This document shows positions 1-9,491 of a stretch of 64,000 nucleotides of DNA, piece after piece. The stretch's first letter is position 1; every line of letters begins with the position of its first letter. The position numbers and the translations under genes were made by a program. The stretch is from Gemmatimonadaceae bacterium. GTDB lineage: Bacteria; Gemmatimonadota; Gemmatimonadetes; Gemmatimonadales; Gemmatimonadaceae. Under the pieces are notes generated by a model. That model did not search any database. It worked only from the letters and a program-made list of their open reading frames with translations, and was not told the origin of the DNA. The stretch is from contig JBBDYA010000085.1 in the NCBI GenBank assembly GCA_040902005.1, positions 1 to 64,000 on the forward strand, given 5' to 3'.

Positions 1-2162
1 CCGACGTGCGGCGCGCGGGAATGCTGCACGTGGAGATCGTTCGCGCGCGCGTGGCGCACGGCCGCGTGTCGTCGCTCGACATCGCGCCGGCGCTCGCGGT
101 GCCGGGGGTGCGCGCGGTGCTGCGACGCGACGACGTGGATGGCATTCGTCACGACGGCGGCCAGCTGCTCGACACCACGATCCGCTATGCGGGCCAGCCG
201 ATCGCCGCCGTGTGCGCCGACTCGCAGGGGGCCGCCGAGCTCGGCGCCCACGCCGTCACCGTCGCCATTGTCGCGGAACCGCACGCGGTGACGGCAGAGG
301 CGGCGCTCCGCGCCGGCGCCCCGCTCGTGCGTCCGAAGGGCAACACGAGCCGGAACTCGCCGCGCATCACGCAGCGCGGAGATGTGGACGCCGCGCTCGC
401 CGACGCTCACGTCGTGATCCGGCGCGAGTACCGCACGCCGGTGGCGTTGCATACCGCGATGGAGCCCCACGGGGCCGTGGCCGAGTGGGTCGGCGACGCC
501 GTGACCGTGTGGGAATCGACGCAGGGAATCTTCAACACGCGCGCCGATGTGGCCGAGGCATTCGGGCTGAAGCTCACGCAGGTGCGGGTCATCAAGGACT
601 ACATGGGCGGTGGCTTTGGCGCGAAGAACGGGGCCAGTCAGTGCGCGTACATCGCCGTGGCGCTCGCCCGGAAGACGGGCGCCCCCGTGCGGTGCGTATG
701 GGATCGCGAGGGTGAACAGGTCGATGCCGGCAATCGCAGCGGCACCACCCAGCGCGTCACGCTCGCGGCAGCGCGGGACGGCACGCTCACGGCAATCGAT
801 GTCGACGCCACGATCGCCATGGGCGTGGGCGGGTGGTTCGCCGGACCGGGAAAGATCTATCACGAGATGTACGCGTGTGCGAACGTGCGCACGACCGAAA
901 CCTTCGTGTACACGCACACCGGCGCGATGGCGTCGTTCCGCGCGCCGGGAAGCGTGGAAGGCGCGTTCGGGCTGGAGTGCGCCATGGACGCGCTCGCGCG
1001 CGAATTGGCGATGGACCCATTGGCGCTACGTCTGCGGAACTACGCAGCGAATGATCAGGCGAAGGATCGCCCCTACTCGGACAAACGGCTCGACGAATGC
1101 TATCGGGCCGGCGCGGAAGCGTTCGGCTGGTCTGCTTCACCGGCGCGAAGCGCCGCCGGGAACGTACCCGCTGCGCGCAGCGCAGCGGCCGGGAACAGAT
1201 TCAAGCGCGGCCGCGGAGTGGCGTCCCTCTGCTGGGGCGCCGGGGGCGGACCGCCGGCCTACGCCACCGTGCGCATCAACCCCGACGGCACCGCGGACGT
1301 GCTGACCGGATCGCAGGATCTGGGCACTGGCGCGCGGACCGTGTTCGCGCAGATCGCCGCGGAGTCGCTTGGTGCCCGGCTCGACGACGTGCGCACCGTG
1401 CTTGGCGATACCGAGCGGCTGCCCTACACCGGCAATTCCTGGGGCTCCATGACGACCGCGTCCGTGGGGCCGGCGGTGCGCATGGCGGCGGAAGACGCTC
1501 GGCGCACGCTGCTCGAGGCGGCATCCGCCATGCTCGACGCCCCCGCCGAGACACTCGTATGCAGCGACAGCACCGTTCGTGTGGGTTCGGATGCGAAACG
1601 GGACGCCCGCAGCATGACCTTCGCGGACATCGGCGAGAAGCTCGGTGACGTGATGATCATCGGCCAGGGAAGCCGCGGACCCAATCCCGACAACACCGCG
1701 ATTGTCGCGTTCGGCGCGCAGTTCGCGGAGGTCGAGGTGGACGTCGAGACCGGACGCGTGCGCGTGCTGCGCGTCGTGTCCGCGCACGACAGCGGCCGGA
1801 TCATCAATCCGCGGCTTGCCCAGAGCCAGCTCGAGGGCGGGATCATTCAGGGAATCGGCTACGCGCTCTACGAGGAGCGGGTGATGGACGAGCGGCTGGG
1901 ACTTCCGATGAACCCCACGATGCACGACTACAGGATTCCTACCCTCGCGGACGTGCCGGCGATCGACGCCTTCTGCATCCCCGGATCGGACATCAGGGCG
2001 AACCACACCGGCGCAAAGGGACTGGCGGAGCCGCCGATCATCGCGATCGCGCCCGCGATCGCGAACGCGGTGTGCGACGCGGTCGGCGTCGAGGTGAACG
2101 AACTTCCCCTGGTGCCCTGGCGCGTACTCGATGCGCTCTCGGCCCCGCGAGGGCACCAGTGA
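1..2162 (+). CDS. Xanthine dehydrogenase family molybdopterin-binding (large) subunit, PaoC/YagR-like; 5'-truncated by the window edge
   Basis: Frame open from the edge (D-V-R-R-A-G-M-L-H). Motifs MGGGFGAK, SFRAPG, QDLGTG, SQLEGGIIQGIG and AKGLAEPP (catalytic Glu). Confidence 0.93.
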   Translation, partial: DVRRAGMLHVEIVRARVAHGRVSSLDIAPALAVPGVRAVLRRDDVDGIRHDGGQLLDTTIRYAGQPIAAVCADSQGAAELGAHAVTVAIVAEPHAVTAEAALRAGAPLVRPKGNTSRNSPRITQRGDVDAALADAHVVIRREYRTPVALHTAMEPHGAVAEWVGDAVTVWESTQGIFNTRADVAEAFGLKLTQVRVIKDYMGGGFGAKNGASQCAYIAVALARKTGAPVRCVWDREGEQVDAGNRSGTTQRVTLAAARDGTLTAIDVDATIAMGVGGWFAGPGKIYHEMYACANVRTTETFVYTHTGAMASFRAPGSVEGAFGLECAMDALARELAMDPLALRLRNYAANDQAKDRPYSDKRLDECYRAGAEAFGWSASPARSAAGNVPAARSAAAGNRFKRGRGVASLCWGAGGGPPAYATVRINPDGTADVLTGSQDLGTGARTVFAQIAAESLGARLDDVRTVLGDTERLPYTGNSWGSMTTASVGPAVRMAAEDARRTLLEAASAMLDAPAETLVCSDSTVRVGSDAKRDARSMTFADIGEKLGDVMIIGQGSRGPNPDNTAIVAFGAQFAEVEVDVETGRVRVLRVVSAHDSGRIINPRLAQSQLEGGIIQGIGYALYEERVMDERLGLPMNPTMHDYRIPTLADVPAIDAFCIPGSDIRANHTGAKGLAEPPIIAIAPAIANAVCDAVGVEVNELPLVPWRVLDALSAPRGHQ

Positions 2163-3022
2163 CGCCGCGCCCGGACCTCCCCGCGTCCGTGAATCGCCTG
2201 AGCGGGATGATACGAGCGCGGTTCTGGAAATTGCGCGGCAGCGTTCCCGACTCGGCGGGCGCCGGTGCCGCGCGCTGGTTTGCCATCGAGCAGGGCGTGG
2301 CGAATGCCCGCAATGGACGATACGGGTTCGACGATCCCGGGCTGGACGAGCGCGTGGTGGAGTTTCCGTGGATCTTCGATCGCATGGCAGCCCTGGACCA
2401 CCCGGGCGGACGGGGGGGGGTGTTGGACGCCGGCTCCATCATGAATCACCGCCCCATCCTGCGCTGGTGGAACAACGCCGGCCGCTCGCCGCTCTCGATC
2501 GTGACGCTCGCGCACGAAGGCGCGGCACACGTGTCCAACACCGTGCGGTATGAGTTCGCGGATTTAAGGCACCTGCCCTACCGGGACGAATGGTTCTCTG
2601 CGGTGCTCTGCATCTCCACGCTGGAGCACGTGGGGCTCGACAACACGGCATACGGCGCCGCGGTGGCAGCGGGCGGCGCAGACCCGGGCACGGCGTCCGT
2701 CCAGGCGCTGCGTGAGCTTCGGCGCGTCAGCGCCCACGGCGCATCGCTGCTGCTGTCCGTGCCGTTCGGCGCGCGGTCAAACCGCGGCTGGTTCCGAATC
2801 TTCGACGCCGACGACTTGCGGCAGGTGATCGACGGATCCGGCTGGACGCACGCGCGATCGCGATTCTTCCGGGCAACGAAGGACGGATGGCGCGAGTGCG
2901 GGCAGGATGACGTGGGGGACGCGGGCTACAACGAGCGGGCGCGGCGCGGCGGACTCAGGACGGCCCCGCCGTTCGTCGCCGCCGCGGAGGCGATCGCGCT
3001 GGTCGAGATGACCAGGGGCTGA
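2159..3022 (+). CDS. Class I SAM-dependent methyltransferase-domain protein
   Basis: ERVVEFPW, VLDAGS (motif I), ADLRHLPY and CISTLEHVG. GTG at 2159 overlaps the upstream TGA (GTGA), so it is preferred over 2072. Confidence 0.75.
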   Translation: MTPRPDLPASVNRLSGMIRARFWKLRGSVPDSAGAGAARWFAIEQGVANARNGRYGFDDPGLDERVVEFPWIFDRMAALDHPGGRGGVLDAGSIMNHRPILRWWNNAGRSPLSIVTLAHEGAAHVSNTVRYEFADLRHLPYRDEWFSAVLCISTLEHVGLDNTAYGAAVAAGGADPGTASVQALRELRRVSAHGASLLLSVPFGARSNRGWFRIFDADDLRQVIDGSGWTHARSRFFRATKDGWRECGQDDVGDAGYNERARRGGLRTAPPFVAAAEAIALVEMTRG

Positions 3023-3029
3023 GCAACCG

Positions 3030-3311
3030 CTATTTGCGCAGTTCGGGGTTCTCGCGAAAGAGCGTGACCGTTCTGCCGATGGCCTGCACGACCTCCGCGT
3101 TCACCTGGCCGGCAACGTCGTTCGCGATGTGCTTTGGCCGCCCGTCGAACGTCTTCGAGAACTGCACCTTCACCAGCTCGCGCGTGCGCAGCGCGTCATC
3201 GAGCGTCTGACGCACGGTATCGGTCACCCCCTGATGTCCCACGTGCACCATCGCCGACAGCGCGTGCGCCCGCGAGCGAAGGGCCGCGCGCTCCCGGGAC
3301 GTCAGCGTCAT
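3030..3311 (-). CDS. yhbY: YhbY/CRM-domain RNA-binding protein
   Basis: 93 aa; LTSRERAALRSRAHAL, VGHQGVT, ELVKV and QAIGRTVTLFR match the YhbY pattern. Confidence 0.9.
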   Translation of the reverse strand: MTLTSRERAALRSRAHALSAMVHVGHQGVTDTVRQTLDDALRTRELVKVQFSKTFDGRPKHIANDVAGQVNAEVVQAIGRTVTLFRENPELRK

Positions 3312-3949
3312 CCGCCGGAGGCGCGTGCCCCGCTCATGCGAAGGAGCGGGTACGGATTGATCGGCTCGCCGTCCCAGTACTTCCGGTCGCCCGGCATGCG
3401 CATCACCTGAAAGTGCAGGTGCGGCACGTGTGACGGCGCGTTCCCCGTCGTGCCGACGTACCCCAACGTGTCGCCGCGCATCACGGGCTTGCCGGCATAC
3501 ATGCTGGAATGGTACCGGTCGAGATGCGCGTAGTAGTACACGAACTGCTCGTTCAGGTCCGTGGCATACACGGTGATGCCCCCCTTCTCGTTCCTGGAAA
3601 GGCGCAGGACTCGACCGTCTCCGGCAGACAACACCGGGGCTCCGCGCGGCGCCATGATGTCGATCGCGTTGTGACGGCGGGCACCGCCGTCGCGCGGCGC
3701 GTCGAACGAGTCATCGAGCCGCGAGCTGTCCACCCCCGCCACCGGAAAGAGCAGTGAGGCCAGGTGGGCGACCGCCGTCGCATCCGCCGGGACGGCGGGA
3801 CTGTCGGACGTGCCGACAAACGGAGAATCCGACGGCCTGGGCGTGGCGGCGTCCTGATGTGCCGGCGCCGGAACCGTCACCCAGGGCGAGCGCTGCGAGC
3901 ATCCGGTGGCGACCGCCAGCAATGAGATGAGGCAGATCTGTCTGGACAT
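3308..3949 (-). CDS. M23 family metallopeptidase (lipoprotein)
   Basis: HNAIDI (HxxxD), YYAHL and PHLHF (HxH); lipobox-like ATGC. Confidence 0.9.
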   Translation of the reverse strand: MSRQICLISLLAVATGCSQRSPWVTVPAPAHQDAATPRPSDSPFVGTSDSPAVPADATAVAHLASLLFPVAGVDSSRLDDSFDAPRDGGARRHNAIDIMAPRGAPVLSAGDGRVLRLSRNEKGGITVYATDLNEQFVYYYAHLDRYHSSMYAGKPVMRGDTLGYVGTTGNAPSHVPHLHFQVMRMPGDRKYWDGEPINPYPLLRMSGARASGG

Positions 3950-4015
3950 GTTTGGAATGGTTGCGTGCGCTACAACGACGCCGCGGCCAATCCGCGCGCA
4001 ACATCTCGCAACATC

Positions 4016-6445
4016 TCAGGGGAGGCCGATCGACCGCCGGACGGCCTGGAACCGCGAACTCTGGCGCACGGGATCGAACATCGGCGCCCAGAGCGGTTGC
4101 GCCGTGAAGAATGGCGCGTTCCCCCGGGCGGCGATCTCGAGATTCGTGAGCGCGCTCGCGGTGTCGCCAAGGGCCACCTGGACCATCGCCAGGGCGGCCC
4201 GCGCATCCGGATCGCGGCGCTGCGAGAGCTCCAGCGCGACCGACGCGGCGCGCTCCGCCTGGCCCGCTCGCGCGTAGGCATAGCCCAGGACGGCGCGCAC
4301 GTACGGTGTCTCTCCACTCAGTGCCGCGGCGTGCTCCAGCTCGCGAACCCCGGCCGGCATGCGGTTGGACAGCACGTGCGCCAGTCCCAGCACCAGGCGC
4401 GGCAGGAACAGCATCGAGTCCAGCTCCACCGCGCGCCGCGCCTGGACCACGGCATCGGCGTCGCGTTTCGCGAGTGCCAGCGCCATGGCGTACGAGCTCG
4501 CGATCACCGGCGACACGGGATCCAACGCCGCGGCGCGCGCGAGCTGCGTCAGCGCTTCCGGAACCCGGTTCTGCACCAGCAGAAGCTCGCCATACCACTG
4601 GTTCGCCGATGCGTACCGCGGATCGAGCGCGATGGCGCGGCGCAGGTCCTGTTCGGCCTCACGCCACCGCCACCGGGGCATGAGCAGGATCGCGCGGGAG
4701 GCGTACGCCTCGGACACGCTGCTGTCCAGCTGGATCGCATGCGTGGCCGCGGCGAATCCGGGGGCGAAGAGTGAGTCGGCCGACGCCTGCGAATACAGCG
4801 GCAGGACGCTCAGCACGCCGGCGATGCCCGCATGTGCGCGGGCGAAGTCCGGATCGCGCTGGATGGCCTGCCGGAAGAGGTCGAGCGCGCGCCGCAGCGC
4901 CGGCTCGCCGCGCAGCTCGAAGAAATGCCGTCCGCGAAGGTACAGGTCGTACGCGACGTCGTCGGTCGTGCCGCGGTCCGCCCCTACAGTGCCCGGCCCT
5001 ACCATCATCTGCGCCCCCAGCGCCTGCGCGATCGCCGCCGAGATCTCGTCCTGCACCGCGAATACATCCTTCATCTCGCGCTCGAACATGTCCGACCAGA
5101 CCATGAACCCGTCGTCCGCGTTCGTGACGCGCGCCGTGACGCGCAGGCGCGTGCCTTCCCGCTGCACCGTGCCTTCCAGGATGCGGCCAACACCGAGCGC
5201 GTCGCCGATCTCGGCCGGGGTCACGAATCGCTCCCGCGCGGCGCTCGCCACAGAGCGCGACGTCACCCGCACCCCGGGAACCCGCCCAAGTACGTTGGTC
5301 AGGTCGTTGGTGAGGCCGTCCGCGAGATAGTCATCCGTGGAATCGCGCCCGATGTTCACGAACGGCAGAACCACGATGGATCGCGCGCGTTCGGCGGCGA
5401 TCGCGGCGCTGACCGCGGGTGAGGCATCGCGGTCGCGAACCAGCAGAGAGCCCAGCGCGACGCCGAGCACCACGGCGCCGACGCCGGCGGCCGCCAGAGG
5501 CCAGCGCCGACGCCGCACCGCCATCTGCGACGCAGAGGCGAACGCGCCGCTCACCATGTCCGGATGCTCCAGCATTTCGGCGAGTTCGCGAGCGCTCTGG
5601 GGCCGCTTTTCCCGCTCCTTCTCCAGGCACTGCATGATGAGCCGCGCCAGCGCGGCGGGCACGTCATCGCGCCGCGCCGGAATCGGGGCCGGCGTGGCGG
5701 TGAGCTGCGCGGCGAGCAGCGCCTGCGGCGTCTTGTTCTGGAAGGGCACCTGACCCGTGAGCATCTCATACGCCATGATGCCAAACGAGTAGATGTCCGC
5801 GCGGTGGTCCGTCGTCAGATCCGCCGCGGCTTGTTCCGGCGCCATGTACGCTGGCGTGCCGAGCGTGGTTCCCAGCTGCGTGAGCGCCGGCCGCGTTCCG
5901 GATGTTTGGTTGTCCTCCCGCGCGGCCGCGTCCGTACCGGGGGCGGTGGCCACCGACCCAAGCAGGGCCTTGGCAATGCCGAAGTCGGTCACGGTCGCCG
6001 ACGAGCCCGCCAGCAGCACGTTGTCCGGCTTGATGTCGCGATGGACGACGCCGCGCTCGTGCGCGTAGGAGAGCGCCCGGGCCACGTCCTTGAGGATCGA
6101 GACCGCGCGTCCCACGGACAGCCGCCCCTCGCGCTCGATGCGCACGCGCAACGACTCGCCGTCCACGAACGGCATCGTGAAGAACGGCATGCCGTCGATC
6201 TCGCCGGCGCTCAGCACCCCCACGATGTGCGGGTGCTGGAGGGTGGCGGCCAGCATGATCTCGCGCTTGAACCGGTCAACGGAAACCGACGCCGCGAGTT
6301 CCGCGGGGAGCACCTTCACCACGACGCGCCGCCCCAGCGCCGCGTCGAGCGCCACAAACACACGCGACATTCCGCCCCCGGTGAGCTCGCGCTCCACGGT
6401 GAAGGACGTGCCGAGTGTCTGCTGGAGCTCTCTGAGGTCGACCAT
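4016..6445 (-). CDS. Hanks-type Ser/Thr protein kinase with one hydrophobic segment, TolB-N-like domain and TPR repeats
   Basis: GGGMSRV, VVVKV, HRDIKPDN, TDFGIAK and YMAPEQ; SIVVLPFVN domain; TPR-like C-terminus. Confidence 0.93.
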   Translation of the reverse strand: MVDLRELQQTLGTSFTVERELTGGGMSRVFVALDAALGRRVVVKVLPAELAASVSVDRFKREIMLAATLQHPHIVGVLSAGEIDGMPFFTMPFVDGESLRVRIEREGRLSVGRAVSILKDVARALSYAHERGVVHRDIKPDNVLLAGSSATVTDFGIAKALLGSVATAPGTDAAAREDNQTSGTRPALTQLGTTLGTPAYMAPEQAAADLTTDHRADIYSFGIMAYEMLTGQVPFQNKTPQALLAAQLTATPAPIPARRDDVPAALARLIMQCLEKEREKRPQSARELAEMLEHPDMVSGAFASASQMAVRRRRWPLAAAGVGAVVLGVALGSLLVRDRDASPAVSAAIAAERARSIVVLPFVNIGRDSTDDYLADGLTNDLTNVLGRVPGVRVTSRSVASAARERFVTPAEIGDALGVGRILEGTVQREGTRLRVTARVTNADDGFMVWSDMFEREMKDVFAVQDEISAAIAQALGAQMMVGPGTVGADRGTTDDVAYDLYLRGRHFFELRGEPALRRALDLFRQAIQRDPDFARAHAGIAGVLSVLPLYSQASADSLFAPGFAAATHAIQLDSSVSEAYASRAILLMPRWRWREAEQDLRRAIALDPRYASANQWYGELLLVQNRVPEALTQLARAAALDPVSPVIASSYAMALALAKRDADAVVQARRAVELDSMLFLPRLVLGLAHVLSNRMPAGVRELEHAAALSGETPYVRAVLGYAYARAGQAERAASVALELSQRRDPDARAALAMVQVALGDTASALTNLEIAARGNAPFFTAQPLWAPMFDPVRQSSRFQAVRRSIGLP

Positions 6446-6548
6446 CTACATGGGAACTACGCCCGAACGACTGGTATGTTACGCCGCGGCATACAGATAT
6501 GACGACTGGCGCTCCTTGTTTGACACCCGGCAGCCTCCACTCGGTTGA

Positions 6549-6643
6549 CCCGTTCCCGTTCCCGTTCCCCCTCCCGCTCCCGCTCCCGTTCCGTTCCCAT
6601 TCCCGCCCTTGCGGTTTCCCTATTCCCATTTCCCCCTTCCCAC
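6549..6643. repeat. Degenerate pyrimidine-rich hexamer tandem repeat (CCCGTT/CCCGCT/CCCATT)n
   Basis: cccgttcccgttcccgttccccctcccgctcccgctcccgttccgttcccattccc... in the intergenic gap between divergent genes. Confidence 0.8.
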
Positions 6644-6658
6644 CTTTGATTCTCGTGC

Positions 6659-6853
6659 ATGGAACACGTCCCCCGCTACGTCGAAGCGAAGACCAATGAG
6701 GGCTGGCCCATCGCCGGCCTCGTCGTCGCTCTCGGCATCGTCTGCATCATCGCGGTGACGATCATCCACAAGCGCACGTACAAGCACCCCACCGATCCCA
6801 CGTGGCACGCGGTGGGCGGCGGCGCCAAGGCCGCGGCGCCGGCGGCGCACTAA
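6659..6853 (+). CDS. Small (64 aa) single-pass membrane protein of unknown function
   Basis: ATG start, GC3-biased codons, one TM segment (WPIAGLVVALGIVCIIAVTII); stop abuts the next gene. Confidence 0.7.
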   Translation: MEHVPRYVEAKTNEGWPIAGLVVALGIVCIIAVTIIHKRTYKHPTDPTWHAVGGGAKAAAPAAH

Positions 6854-7821
6854 CGCGACCCTTTTCGTACCAGCGGGCCGGCTCGCTCTCCGAAGCCGCC
6901 GCCCTCCTCGCGCTGCCGGGCGCCGCCCCGCTCGGCGGCGGCACGGACCTGCTGGTCTCCATCGAGGAAGGGATCGCGGCCCCCTCCCCGTCCACGCTCG
7001 TCGACCTCCGCGGTGTACGCGGCGGCGATGCGATCGAGGCCCTGCCCGACGGCGGCGCGAGCATTGGCGCCTGCGCCCTGCTCCACGACATCGCGAACGA
7101 GGCGCTCATCGCGGATCGGTTCCCCGCGCTGGCGCAGGCGTGCGCCGTGGTGGGATCGTCCGCGCTCCGCAACATGGGCACGCTGGGCGGCAACCTGTGC
7201 CAGCGTCCCCGGTGCTGGTATTTCAGGCGCGCGGTGCCCTGTTTCAAGAATGGCGGCGATTCGTGTCCGGCCAGGGAAGGCGAGAACCAGTACCTCGCGA
7301 TCCTCGACGGCGGGCCGTGCTACATCGTGCACCCCTCCGATCCCGCGGTGGCGCTCACGGCGCTCGACGCTCGCGTGGAGGTGATCGGCGAGGGCAGCAC
7401 GCGTGAGATTCCCCTGGCGGAGTTCTACGCGCTGCCAGCGGACCGCATGGACCACGAGACCGTGCTGCGGGGGGGGGAATTCGTCGGCGCGATCCTGCTG
7501 CCGCCCTCCGCGTCGGGTGAGCGGCAGCTGTACCGGAAGCTCATGCAGCGCGAGGCCTGGGATTTCGCGCTCGTGAGCATCGCGGCCGCGCGCCACGCGG
7601 ACGGCACCGTCCGGCTCGCGCTTGGGGGCGTGGCACCGCGTCCGTGGCGACTTCCGACGTCCGTGGAGGAAGACGTCGCAGCCGGTGGGCTGGATGAGGA
7701 CTCCATCTCGGCGCTCGCCGAGCGCGCGCTGTACGACGCCGAGCCACTGGCGAAGAACGGCTACAAGGTGGAACTCGCGGCGAGTCTCATCAGGGACGCG
7801 ATCCGGGAACTCGGCTCCTGA
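6853..7821 (+). CDS. Xanthine dehydrogenase family FAD-binding subunit, PaoB/YagS-like, with Cys-rich [4Fe-4S] insertion; start uncertain (ACG at 6853 or GTG at 6802)
   Basis: RPFSYQRA N-terminus, LGGGTDL, RNMGTLGGNLCQRPRCWYFR..C..C..CYIVHPSD, ALGGVAPRPWRL. Confidence 0.9.
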   Translation, partial: TRPFSYQRAGSLSEAAALLALPGAAPLGGGTDLLVSIEEGIAAPSPSTLVDLRGVRGGDAIEALPDGGASIGACALLHDIANEALIADRFPALAQACAVVGSSALRNMGTLGGNLCQRPRCWYFRRAVPCFKNGGDSCPAREGENQYLAILDGGPCYIVHPSDPAVALTALDARVEVIGEGSTREIPLAEFYALPADRMDHETVLRGGEFVGAILLPPSASGERQLYRKLMQREAWDFALVSIAAARHADGTVRLALGGVAPRPWRLPTSVEEDVAAGGLDEDSISALAERALYDAEPLAKNGYKVELAASLIRDAIRELGS

Positions 7822-7869
7822 CCCGGGCAGTCTCGATGCGAAAAGGGCCACTTGCGATGGCAACTGCTC

Positions 7870-7898
7870 CTAAAACCGACTAATTTTGTTCTCATTAG
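7870..7898. promoter_or_regulatory. Putative Rrf2/IscR-type operator upstream of sufB
   Basis: AT-rich CTAAAACCGACTAATTTTGTTCTCATTAG with CTAA/TTAG ends; CCGACTAAT resembles an IscR type-1 half-site. Confidence 0.45.
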
Positions 7899-7958
7899 AC
7901 GAGCGGCGGCTATCTCGCCCATAAGTGCTTTTTTCGCAACACCTTAGGCGGACCCCGG

Positions 7959-9392
7959 ATGAGCTCACAAATCGACAACCTGATCGCGCGCGACTACGCG
8001 GCTGGCTTCGTCACGGATATCGAGCAGGATACGCTGCCGCCGGGTCTGGACGAGGACGTGATCCGGGAGATTTCGCGGCGCAAGAGCGAGCCGCCGTTCA
8101 TGCTGGCGTGGCGCCTGAAGGCCTATCAGCGCTGGCTCACGATGAAGGAGCCGCACTGGCCCAACGTCACGTATCCGCCGATCGACTACCAGGCCGTGCG
8201 CTACTTCTCCGAGCCGACGAAAAAGACGCCGCTCGGATCGATGGACGAGGTGGATCCCGAGATTCTTCGGACGTACGAGAAGCTGGGCATTCCTCTGCTC
8301 GAGCAGAAGCGGCTGGCCGGCGTCGCGGTGGACGCGATCTTCGACTCGGTGTCGGTCGGAACGACGATGCGCGCGGAGCTGGCGGCGCACGGCATCATCT
8401 TCTGTTCCTTTGGCGAGGCCGTGCGCGATCATCCCGAGCTCATCGAGCGGTATCTCGGCTCGGTGGTGCCCTACAGCGACAACTTCTTCGCCGCGCTCAA
8501 CAGCGCGGTCTTCTCCGACGGATCGTTCTGCTACATCCCGAAAGGGGTGCGCAGCCCGATGGAGCTGTCCACGTATTTCCGCATCAACGCCGCGGACACC
8601 GGACAGTTCGAGCGCACGCTCATCGTCGCGGACGAAGGGTCGTACGTGAGCTATCTCGAAGGGTGCACGGCGCCGAAGCGCGACACGAACCAGCTGCACG
8701 CCGCGGTGGTGGAGCTCGTCGCGCTCAAGGGCTCGACCATCAAGTACTCGACCGTGCAGAACTGGTACGCCGGCGACAAGGAAGGCCGGGGCGGCATCTA
8801 CAACTTCGTCACCAAGCGCGGGATGGCCTTCGAGAACGCGAAGATCTCGTGGACGCAAGTGGAGACGGGATCGGCCATCACGTGGAAGTACCCGTCCGTG
8901 GTGCTGCGCGGCGACAACTCGGTGGGCGAGTTCTACAGCGTGGCCGTGGTGAACAACCGCCAGCAGGCAGACACCGGCACCAAGATGATCCACATGGGGA
9001 AGAACACGAAGTCGAACATCGTCTCCAAGGGGATCAGCGCGGGCGAGGGCAACAACTCGTACCGCGGCAAGGTGAAGATCCTGCCGAAGGCCGACGGGGC
9101 CCGGAACTACACGCAGTGCGACTCGATGCTCGTGGGCAACCGGTGCGGGGCACACACGTTTCCGTACATCGAGGTCGGCAACAAGAATTCCATCGTGGAG
9201 CACGAGGCGAGCACGTCGAAGATCGGCGAGGATCAGATCTTCTATCTGAAGCAGCGCGGATTGAGCGCCGAGCAGGCCGTGTCGATGATCGTATCGGGGT
9301 TCTGCAAGGAAGTGTTCAAGGAGCTCCCGATGGAGTTCGCGCTGGAAGCGCAGCAGTTGCTCGGCATCACACTGGAAGGGTCAGTCGGCTAA
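7959..9392 (+). CDS. sufB: Fe-S cluster assembly protein SufB
   Basis: [66 protein letters not shown]. Confidence 0.97.
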   Translation: MSSQIDNLIARDYAAGFVTDIEQDTLPPGLDEDVIREISRRKSEPPFMLAWRLKAYQRWLTMKEPHWPNVTYPPIDYQAVRYFSEPTKKTPLGSMDEVDPEILRTYEKLGIPLLEQKRLAGVAVDAIFDSVSVGTTMRAELAAHGIIFCSFGEAVRDHPELIERYLGSVVPYSDNFFAALNSAVFSDGSFCYIPKGVRSPMELSTYFRINAADTGQFERTLIVADEGSYVSYLEGCTAPKRDTNQLHAAVVELVALKGSTIKYSTVQNWYAGDKEGRGGIYNFVTKRGMAFENAKISWTQVETGSAITWKYPSVVLRGDNSVGEFYSVAVVNNRQQADTGTKMIHMGKNTKSNIVSKGISAGEGNNSYRGKVKILPKADGARNYTQCDSMLVGNRCGAHTFPYIEVGNKNSIVEHEASTSKIGEDQIFYLKQRGLSAEQAVSMIVSGFCKEVFKELPMEFALEAQQLLGITLEGSVG

Positions 9393-9399
9393 CGTATCG

Positions 9400-9480
9400 A
9401 ACCACGGAGTACACGGTGGGCGCAGAGGAGAACGGTGAGTTTCCTTGCAGTCCTCCGCGACCTCCGCGTCCTCCGTAGTT
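9400..9480. repeat. Imperfect inverted repeat with 30-bp arms (REP-like, 9-nt internal unit CACGGAGGA)
   Basis: Left arm AACCACGGAGTACACGGTGGGCGCAGAGGA versus reverse complement of right arm AACTACGGAGGACGCGGAGGTCGCGGAGGA (24/30 by eye); second copy at 57374-57440. Confidence 0.75.
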
Positions 9481-9491
9481 AACATCCCTAT

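Noticed and set aside
6276..6660. ORFs encoding GNGNG, ERERE or PFPFP runs
   Set aside because: Translations of the hexamer repeat tract, with no coding signals.
7959..9392. Intein in SufB
   Set aside because: The protein is normal length (477 aa) with contiguous motifs.
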